From the IMG/VR virus record IMGVR_UViG_3300032897_000528: a DNA stretch of 64,000 nt. One strand, written 5' to 3'. The notes beneath the pieces were generated by a model. That model was given only the letters and a program-made list of their open reading frames with translations, ran no database searches and was not told where the DNA came from. Positions 57,949 through 64,000 of this stretch are shown in pieces (the stretch's first letter is position 1; every line of letters starts with the position of its first letter). This DNA comes from an uncultured virus (IMG/VR IMGVR_UViG_3300032897_000528) (taxonomy: Duplodnaviria; Heunggongvirae; Uroviricota; Caudoviricetes). The position numbers and the translations under genes are program-made.

Positions 57949-58168
57949 GGTACCTCCTCAGGCGCCTCGAGCACCACAAGACAACTACCCCTACAACACC
58001 CGCCAAGATCAGCACCGGCCACAGCGGAGCCATCAACACCCAGAAGATCTTGCCCCGCTGACTATGGAGATCGACACGATCTCCGTCCCTCAGCTGAGCG
58101 TATACCCACCCGAGGGCCCCGCCGAACCACGCCATGATCAATACCTTAGTCATCTCTCGTGCCTCCTC

Positions 58169-60331
58169 TCACACGGCTGCCCTGAGCATGGCCTTGGTCA
58201 CCGTGTCGAAGTTGCGCTCGATCTCAGCGTCGAAGTCGAAGCCCTCCGACATCCTGTCGCCCGAGCGCAGCTCGGCGACGGTCCACGGCCTTGTCTCCCC
58301 GTCCGGGTAGTGGAAACGCTTGGACAGCATCTCAAAAGTCAGCGCCTTGATGACCAAGAGCTCGAACGGGCTCGTCGTGTACTGGCCGCCTACGAGAGTG
58401 CGATAGAGCTCCCGCATCCGAGTCATGCGCTGGACCCCGATGCGGTCGCCCGCGATGATCTTGTCGAGCTTGTCCCAGGCCGCCTGCCCCTGACCGAGGG
58501 AGAACCCCTTGGCCTTGGTTAGGCGCTTCTCCTTCCAGGTCCCGTCCCGCATGAGCTCGAAGCCCTCGCCCCGGTAGATCTTGGGAGCCACGAACTCGGC
58601 CCAGTCCATCTTCTTCTCGAGCTTGAGGGCGCCGAGCGTCTTGTCGTCAGTCGGCAGGGTAGCCTTGGTCGACACCGAGTCCGTGTCGAAGTAGTAGGGG
58701 GGCTTGTCCTGCCTGTAGCACTCCTTCGCGAAGTCGTAGAGCGTTCGGCGGGCGATGGCGGTGATGACGGAGGCCACGATCACGTGCCGGTGGGCAATCT
58801 TGGCCTCCTTGTCGGCCAACCAGACGCCCGGCTGGAGCATCTGCATGGTCGACCGGTCGATCTCGTCGGGATTGACGAGCATCTCCTGCTTGTGGGTCGA
58901 CTCCGCGGCCTTGCCGTAGAGGGAGTTGAGCAGGTACTTGAGCACCAGCTTCCGAAAGTCCGTCGTGGAGGCGGCCCGGAGCGCGTAGATCTGCCTGGCG
59001 TACGCCGCGAAGTCGTCAAACGGCTCGAAGACATACACCTCGTGCACCTTGTGCAGGGTGGCCCCCTCGCGCAGCGCGAGCCTTATGTCCGTAGAGGTAA
59101 ACCAACTCCGCCACCTCCCGGTCGGGAAGAAGACGCGGTTGTCCTTCCGATAGGGCAGCGGCGGCAGCACCATGTCCGGCACCTCGACGGTCGCGTCGAC
59201 CAAGTAGATGCAGGAGTCCGAGTCGTCGTCCGGCAGCGTGGTCCGGTACTCGACGAGGTTGGCCGGCAGGGGATGGGTCATCGCGTACGGGAACGAGGAG
59301 TTGATGTCGTAGATCTGGAAGTCGCTCGCATTGCGCGCCAGCACCTCGACCCTCGAAGCGAAGTAGCTCTCCTGGCTGATGCTGTTGAGCCTCTCGCTCG
59401 TAAAGATGTCCCGCTTGAGGAAGGCCCGCCGGAACAAGGTCATGGCGGTCGAGGCGATGGTCTGCTGGAGCTGCCCGCCGAGCGCGACTATCTCGGCCTC
59501 GAACTCCGCTATGGCCTTCCACAAGATCTCGCAGTCGAGCTTGTTGTACAAAGTCAAGATGTCGATTGGGGCCTCGGCATAGAAGGTGACCATCTCCGGC
59601 CGCGAGAGCGACTCGAAGTCCTTGACCTGCCGGCCAAACCGCTCGGACATCCAGGCCAGGGCCTTCGGGTCGTCGCCCTTCTTGATGCCGATAGCCTTAC
59701 CGATGGAGGCGAGCTTGTCGCGCAGGAGCCAGTAGGAGTCGCAGAAGTGCCAGGCGTTCTTGCCGCTCACCACGTGGACGATGATGGCCGAGCTCCCGGA
59801 AAACGAGGCCTTGATCTTCCACATCCTGCCCCTGCCGTCCATACCCTGCTCCACTGTGGTCTTCTTGCTGCCGTCGGGTGAGTAGATCGCACTCGACCTG
59901 GTGGCGAGGAGGCTCTCGGCCCTCACCTGCTCCTTGATCTGGGTGAGCAGCTCGTCGAGCACGAACTGCATGTCGGCGAGGCCCCCGGCGTGGGCGAAAA
60001 ACCACCAGCCGCGATACTCCCTGACAAGGAGTGCCTCTACGAGCTCGCGCACCGCCGGATAGCACCTATAGCTCGCGACCATGGTGGGCTCGTCCATATC
60101 CTCCTCGCCCTCCTCGGGCTGCTGGTCGTAGTACCCGCAGATGCGAGCCCGCAGGGCGGAGGTCATCCGCCGCGAGGGTGGGAGCGGCACGCGGAACCTC
60201 TCGCGAGTCCCGACGATCTCGACCTCCGTGTTGACGAGCTCGGGCAGGCTCTCCCCGGGCACCCACTCGAGGTCGAGGACGCCGAACCTGCGCAGCCTGC
60301 GCTCGGTCGTTATGGGGTTGAATACCGGCAC
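58169..60331 (-). CDS. Family B DNA polymerase, protein-primed-type signature
   Basis: Exo LDLEW, FCDSY.LL..L..IG, YNKLD; Pol YDINSSFP, KYLLNSLYGK, ITAIAR, YFDTDS, LGALKLE, APKIY, KAKG. Confidence 0.9.
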   Translation of the reverse strand: MPVFNPITTERRLRRFGVLDLEWVPGESLPELVNTEVEIVGTRERFRVPLPPSRRMTSALRARICGYYDQQPEEGEEDMDEPTMVASYRCYPAVRELVEALLVREYRGWWFFAHAGGLADMQFVLDELLTQIKEQVRAESLLATRSSAIYSPDGSKKTTVEQGMDGRGRMWKIKASFSGSSAIIVHVVSGKNAWHFCDSYWLLRDKLASIGKAIGIKKGDDPKALAWMSERFGRQVKDFESLSRPEMVTFYAEAPIDILTLYNKLDCEILWKAIAEFEAEIVALGGQLQQTIASTAMTLFRRAFLKRDIFTSERLNSISQESYFASRVEVLARNASDFQIYDINSSFPYAMTHPLPANLVEYRTTLPDDDSDSCIYLVDATVEVPDMVLPPLPYRKDNRVFFPTGRWRSWFTSTDIRLALREGATLHKVHEVYVFEPFDDFAAYARQIYALRAASTTDFRKLVLKYLLNSLYGKAAESTHKQEMLVNPDEIDRSTMQMLQPGVWLADKEAKIAHRHVIVASVITAIARRTLYDFAKECYRQDKPPYYFDTDSVSTKATLPTDDKTLGALKLEKKMDWAEFVAPKIYRGEGFELMRDGTWKEKRLTKAKGFSLGQGQAAWDKLDKIIAGDRIGVQRMTRMRELYRTLVGGQYTTSPFELLVIKALTFEMLSKRFHYPDGETRPWTVAELRSGDRMSEGFDFDAEIERNFDTVTKAMLRAAV

Positions 60332-60350
60332 AATTGACCTACTGACAATC

Positions 60351-60407
60351 CACGCCTATCCAGCAGACGAGTGCTCTCGCTCTTTCGTCCATGCCTATCA
60401 GATTAAC
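60351..60407 (+). mobile_element. Two stacked solo cassette-type ends
   Basis: CACGCCTATCCAGCAGAC (60351) and CATGCCTATCAGATTAAC (60390). Confidence 0.55.
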
Positions 60408-60413
60408 AACCCA

Positions 60414-60683
60414 TCAAGGTACAACTACGGACTTGACAGGGCCATATGCTGTCACCAAGTCTTGGCACACACATTGTAAACAGATCGCACCAGTGCCTGC
60501 AGTGACGGACTTTCCTTCCGCGTCAGTCCATGAAAAACAAACTGGATCACTGCGTATATTACCGGTCTGTTTTGGAAACCTCCAAGTATGACCTCGCTTG
60601 CACGTGTGCAATTCCCATTCATACAAGATGTTCAACGAAGCACTTGTAGAAATCTCAAAAACTTGTTTTTGTTCAGTTGTCAT
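60414..60683 (-). CDS. Low-GC small Cys/His protein
   Basis: MTTEQKQV..CKRGH..C..CLQC; AAGGA before ATG; lies upstream of the stacked ends. Confidence 0.5.
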   Translation of the reverse strand: MTTEQKQVFEISTSASLNILYEWELHTCKRGHTWRFPKQTGNIRSDPVCFSWTDAEGKSVTAGTGAICLQCVCQDLVTAYGPVKSVVVP

Positions 60684-60693
60684 CCTTTTCCTC

Positions 60694-61128
60694 TCAATCC
60701 TGCGGCACGACGATGAGAGCTCCCGTGATGTTCCGAGCGCTGGCATTCGTGTTGGTCACACCCACCCGAATCTGATCGCCCCTCTTCACGGGTCGCATCC
60801 TCAGCGGGCAGGGATACTGGGGGAGGTAGTCCTCGACCTTAGCCTCCGGCCTGCACTGACGGAGCACCTCCTCCGTCAGCTCGTCCGTCGACGAGAACAG
60901 AGTGGCCGGCACGGGATCGTCAGCGTCGAGCAGCACGTGGTCCTCCCGGAGGGCGCCGCCCTCGCGAGTCACCGTCGAGATCTGGTAGACCAAGAAGTCT
61001 ACCGCCACGTGCTCGGGGATGAACAGTCGCACGGGAACTACGTCTCGCTCAACCATGAAATGAAAGAGCATCGACGAGTTGCCACTCACGGCATGGACGC
61101 CCAGTCCCTTGACCAAGTACTTTTCCAT
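60694..61128 (-). CDS. All-beta domain protein (family A); current start supplied by cassette B end
   Basis: VPVRLFIP..VAVDFLV..VPATLF..IRVGVTN; ATG at 61128 lies in the cassette terminus. Confidence 0.65.
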   Translation of the reverse strand: MEKYLVKGLGVHAVSGNSSMLFHFMVERDVVPVRLFIPEHVAVDFLVYQISTVTREGGALREDHVLLDADDPVPATLFSSTDELTEEVLRQCRPEAKVEDYLPQYPCPLRMRPVKRGDQIRVGVTNTNASARNITGALIVVPQD

Positions 61129-61372
61129 GCCTATCCGGTTGACGCTCCACTGAAGGCTCCGCCGTTCTTCAAAAGCCACTTGTGCAGACGTTTTTGTACG
61201 TGATCTCGTTCTGAATCACTCATGAATCCGTGGACATGCAAAGCACCAGCGCAAGCCAACATACGTTTGAGGCATGTCTCGGACTTCCAGGTTGGAAACT
61301 TGGCATAAGGCCGTAATTTCGACATTTCAAACTCCTATCGAGTTAGTGGTGTGCGTGAACCGGATAAGCATG
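61126..61372 (-). mobile_element. Non-autonomous IS1595-type mini-cassette B (247 bp)
   Basis: Ends CATGCCTATCCGGTTGAC / GTGAACCGGATAAGCATG (16/18 inverted repeat); 8-bp TSD TACTTTTC at 61118-61125 and 61373-61380. Confidence 0.92.
61131..61325 (-). CDS. Cassette B cargo: 64-aa protein
   Basis: AGGAG in one end and TAG stop inside the other end. Confidence 0.7.
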   Translation of the reverse strand: MSKLRPYAKFPTWKSETCLKRMLACAGALHVHGFMSDSERDHVQKRLHKWLLKNGGAFSGASTG

Positions 61373-61416
61373 TACTTTTCCGATCCCATTTAAATTGAAA
61401 GTCGCTGAGCTGTCAG

Positions 61417-61905
61417 TCAACCTGCTGCTATTCGATCAGTTGCCGTTCCCCACGGCACCCCGCCGACCAGCTCGGACATGATCGCCCTCGCCCTGGCCGC
61501 GCTCTGAGAGTCGTTCCACACCCTGCACCGACCGCTCGGGTGCGGCAGCCCGACCAGCCTCTTCCCCCGTACGACGGACCACTCGAATGGTAACGGTCCC
61601 TTGAAAACGCTCCTGACCTTAGACCCCAGCAGCACGAGCACCGAGTGGTGGGACCCCAGGCACTGCTGGGCCTCCTCCAGGGCGACCTCCTCCGACCACC
61701 TGCCCCGGCAGAGGTTGACCTTGTCCAGCAACCGAGCGTACTCGCAGTCTCGGAGTCCCAGTATCCTGCGAAGACGGTCTCCGCTCGACCCCCTGGGCAT
61801 GTGGTAGAGGGCCAGGCGCGGGTCCGCGCCGAACGGGTTGAGCTCGCCCACTAATAGTACCCGACTGTGCTGATCGTGGAGATCGTCCAAACTATTGACA
61901 CCCAT
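61417..61905 (-). CDS. Uracil-DNA-glycosylase-like superfamily protein
   Basis: VLLVGE, SGDRL, NLC, VLLG..V, LPHPSGR. Confidence 0.7.
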   Translation of the reverse strand: MGVNSLDDLHDQHSRVLLVGELNPFGADPRLALYHMPRGSSGDRLRRILGLRDCEYARLLDKVNLCRGRWSEEVALEEAQQCLGSHHSVLVLLGSKVRSVFKGPLPFEWSVVRGKRLVGLPHPSGRCRVWNDSQSAARARAIMSELVGGVPWGTATDRIAAG

Positions 61906-61911
61906 TGAACA

Positions 61912-62223
61912 TCACCAACTCAATAAAACCACAGCGATCATGGCGCACACTATACCAATTGATCGACGAGCTGTTATTGGCTCTCCAAACCAACCTACCC
62001 CTAGTGCAACTAGTGCGACGGTCGAGAGCAGGATCCAGACTATTCCTGTCAGGTACAGACTTCTACCTATCCTCAGGGCCGGCAGCCAACTCGCGCCACT
62101 TAGGGCGTAACAGATCACAGAAACCCACGCCCAACTGATCCCGTCCCCCAGACTCCATTTCTTGGAGAAAAAATCACCCAGCCCGACTAGAAACCCCGAC
62201 AGTATTAGCCAAAAATACATCAC
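61912..62223 (-). CDS. SMR/DMT-like small multi-pass membrane protein
   Basis: Four hydrophobic segments; GD..SK; FGE.I...GI. Confidence 0.7.
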   Translation of the reverse strand: MMYFWLILSGFLVGLGDFFSKKWSLGDGISWAWVSVICYALSGASWLPALRIGRSLYLTGIVWILLSTVALVALGVGWFGEPITARRSIGIVCAMIAVVLLSW

Positions 62224-63320
62224 GTCTCACCCTTCTCTCCCAGGTAGTGTGCCGGTCGCTTGCCGTCAGGGGTCCAGATGAAGCGCACCAGGAGCACGGT
62301 CGGCGGCAGACCCCGCTTCTCCATCAAGCTCTCGAGCATGGCCCGGAGGCCCACCTTGTAGTCGGTCAGGGCGTTCTGCACGGCGCCTCCACCCCAACCC
62401 TGAGTCGGGTACGTCCCGATCTGGAAGAGACCTCGGTGCTTCTTGTAGAGATCTTCGATCTCTCCGACCTCAGCCTCGTTCTGCGGCCCAAACCGCACAC
62501 CAAACGACACCCAGAAGGCTCCCCCCATGGGTGGTCTCGACGGGAAGTACTCGAAGTACCGGAACACATGGCTCAAGAACTCCACGATGAGAGTATGAGC
62601 GCCGGCCTCTCGCCAGATGTCAGGCAGAGACTCGATCCGGAGCTCCCCGTCTACGGTCCCGTCAGCGTTGACGTACGTCTGCACACCCATCACGAGACCC
62701 GCACCCTCAGCAGCGATGCCGTCGAAGAGCGCCACGAGCCTCGTCTGCATCAAGATCTCCGCCTGCCTCGACCTCTCGGGCAGGAGGGGCAGCTCAGGCC
62801 TCCTGCGCTTGCGCTTGCGCTTCCCAGGCTTCTTAGCGACTGGCTTCCTCGCGACTGGCTTCCTCGCGGCAGGCTTCCTCGCGGCAGGCTTCCTCGCGGC
62901 AGGCTTCCTCGCGGCAGGCTTCCTCGTGGCAGGCTTCTTCGCGGCAGGCTTCTTCGCGGCAGGCTTCCTCGCGACGGGCTTCCTCGCGGCAGGCTTCCTC
63001 GAGACGGGCTTCCTCGCGACGGGCTTCCTCGCGGCAGGCTTCCTCGAGACGGGCTTCCTCGCGACGGGCTTCCTGGCAGCAGTCTTCTTTGCCTCTGGCT
63101 TCCTCGAGACGGACTTCTTGGCGGCAAACTTCTTCGCAGCAGGCTTCTTGGCTGCTGACTTCCTCGCGGCGGGCTTCTTCGCTGCAGTCTTCTCAGCCTC
63201 TGACTTCCTCGCCACGGTCTCTATCTCAGCCAGCTTCTTGGCGAAGCGACCGAGCTCGTCGCGAGGCTGCCGCCTTCGTCCCCTGCTAGCCACTCTGGTC
63301 CTCGCTCGACTGGTCGGCAA
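62220..63320 (-). CDS. Histone-H1-like basic repeat protein with globular C-terminal domain
   Basis: QPRDELGRF motif, more than 20 K-P-A/V-A-R/K-type pentapeptides, then about 190-aa domain. Confidence 0.75.
   Translation of the reverse strand: MPTSRARTRVASRGRRRQPRDELGRFAKKLAEIETVARKSEAEKTAAKKPAARKSAAKKPAAKKFAAKKSVSRKPEAKKTAARKPVARKPVSRKPAARKPVARKPVSRKPAARKPVARKPAAKKPAAKKPATRKPAARKPAARKPAARKPAARKPVARKPVAKKPGKRKRKRRRPELPLLPERSRQAEILMQTRLVALFDGIAAEGAGLVMGVQTYVNADGTVDGELRIESLPDIWREAGAHTLIVEFLSHVFRYFEYFPSRPPMGGAFWVSFGVRFGPQNEAEVGEIEDLYKKHRGLFQIGTYPTQGWGGGAVQNALTDYKVGLRAMLESLMEKRGLPPTVLLVRFIWTPDGKRPAHYLGEKGET
62822..63190. repeat. 15-bp coding tandem repeat (GCGGCAGGCTTCCTC consensus)
   Basis: Encodes the KPAAR repeats; no spacers. 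Confidence 0.92.
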
Positions 63321-63999
63321 GCGACTTCAACAACAGCTCCCGCACGATGTCCCTCACAGGCGCCGGGATCTCAGACAAGATCGGATTGTCGCTCGCCCCC
63401 ACGACCAATGTCTTGGATGAGTCGTACGTCGACTTGTGCCGAACCTTGAAGCGCCGGAACGCCGCGCGCTCACCACCTCTCAAGAAGTACGCCGTGCCCA
63501 CTGGCAGCATGGGCAGCTGACTCAGGCACGATACTCGCTGGCTCTCGCTGACCTTGTGGTCAAAGTGGGTGAGCCAATCTTCCACCGCTCGCAGATCTTG
63601 GGGCGCCGCCATCTGCAGGAGCCACAAGGCGTCCACCTGAGAGAGCACGTTCTTCGAGATCACGGCCGGGCGCAGGCTGATGAGCGTCACCCCGATGCCT
63701 CGCGACCTCCCCCGCATCACCATCCTCTCCACGTGACCGAGCGCCCTCTTCTGGTGCTTCGAGATCGCTCCCAGCCGCTGTGGAGCGAACTCGTCCGCCT
63801 CGTCTATCACGACGTGGATCGGGAAGTGCGGCAACCCTACGAGCCTCTCGCAGAAGGAGGCAACGACCTCGTGCTGCTCCGACGGAGCCAGCTCCGACAG
63901 GTCGACCACCACGGGCCTGGGCCTCACGGCGTTGACCACCTCCGCGATGCCAGCACCGCTGCCGGACGCGATCTTCTCGTGACCCCGCGGGCCTCCGAG
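63286..63999 (-). CDS. Second HerA/DUF87-like ATPase, truncated by window end
   Basis: Frame is open to the edge (LGGPRGHEKI..); VIDEADEFAPQ, GRSRGIG..ISLRP; paralog of 32033..33805. Confidence 0.85.
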   Translation of the reverse strand, partial: LGGPRGHEKIASGSGAGIAEVVNAVRPRPVVVDLSELAPSEQHEVVASFCERLVGLPHFPIHVVIDEADEFAPQRLGAISKHQKRALGHVERMVMRGRSRGIGVTLISLRPAVISKNVLSQVDALWLLQMAAPQDLRAVEDWLTHFDHKVSESQRVSCLSQLPMLPVGTAYFLRGGERAAFRRFKVRHKSTYDSSKTLVVGASDNPILSEIPAPVRDIVRELLLKSLADQSSEDQSG

Positions 64000-64000
64000 C

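Noticed and set aside
3565..59881. Long plus-strand ORFs opposite minus-strand genes (e.g. 3565, 38045, 40215, 58784)
   Set aside because: Typical GC-rich antisense shadows with no recognisable motifs.
50845..61372. Integron attC sites explaining the small-gene cassettes
   Set aside because: No IntI or attC structure seen; terminal inverted repeats with 8-bp TSDs indicate DDE transposition.
51163..61414. CTGAGCTGTC about 30-40 bp outside both mini-cassettes as a target motif
   Set aside because: Spacing differs and it is absent beside the autonomous IS; cannot be distinguished from chance.
62822..63190. Short repeats as a CRISPR array
   Set aside because: 15-bp contiguous coding repeats without spacers; no cas genes recognised.

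Overview
GC-rich, gene-dense 64-kb segment that looks like a large bacterial virus or virus-like element. Nearly all genes from 14.6 kb onward are on the minus strand and abut or overlap at their stop/start codons. Host-type genes (PilX with GTGG linkers, PhaR-like, RRM, sigma-28-like) suggest a myxobacterial host, which is inference. Replication and nucleotide genes include a protein-primed-type family B DNA polymerase, a Dda/RecD-like helicase, two HerA/DUF87-like ATPases, ThyX, a Tmk-like kinase, a deoxyribosyltransferase, HD, Nudix and Nmad5. Also present are Dam, a C5-methyltransferase split over two fully overlapping frames, two GT2-TPR glycosyltransferases, three muralytic enzymes, four paralogous all-beta proteins, and two initiator-type tRNA-Met genes flanking a PilX-like gene. 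I recognised no terminase, portal, HK97 capsid or integrase. The most notable signal is an IS1595-based gene-shuttle system. An autonomous IS1595 (42216-44336) shares its terminal sequence with two tiny non-autonomous cassettes (50845-51124 and 61126-61372). Each cassette has an 8-bp target duplication, a shared 47-bp end carrying a ribosome-binding site, and a different small cargo gene, and several solo ends lie elsewhere. A second transposon (IS1 family, 9487-12984) carries a CapRel-like fused toxin-antitoxin. All protein calls come from motif recognition by eye, without database searches.
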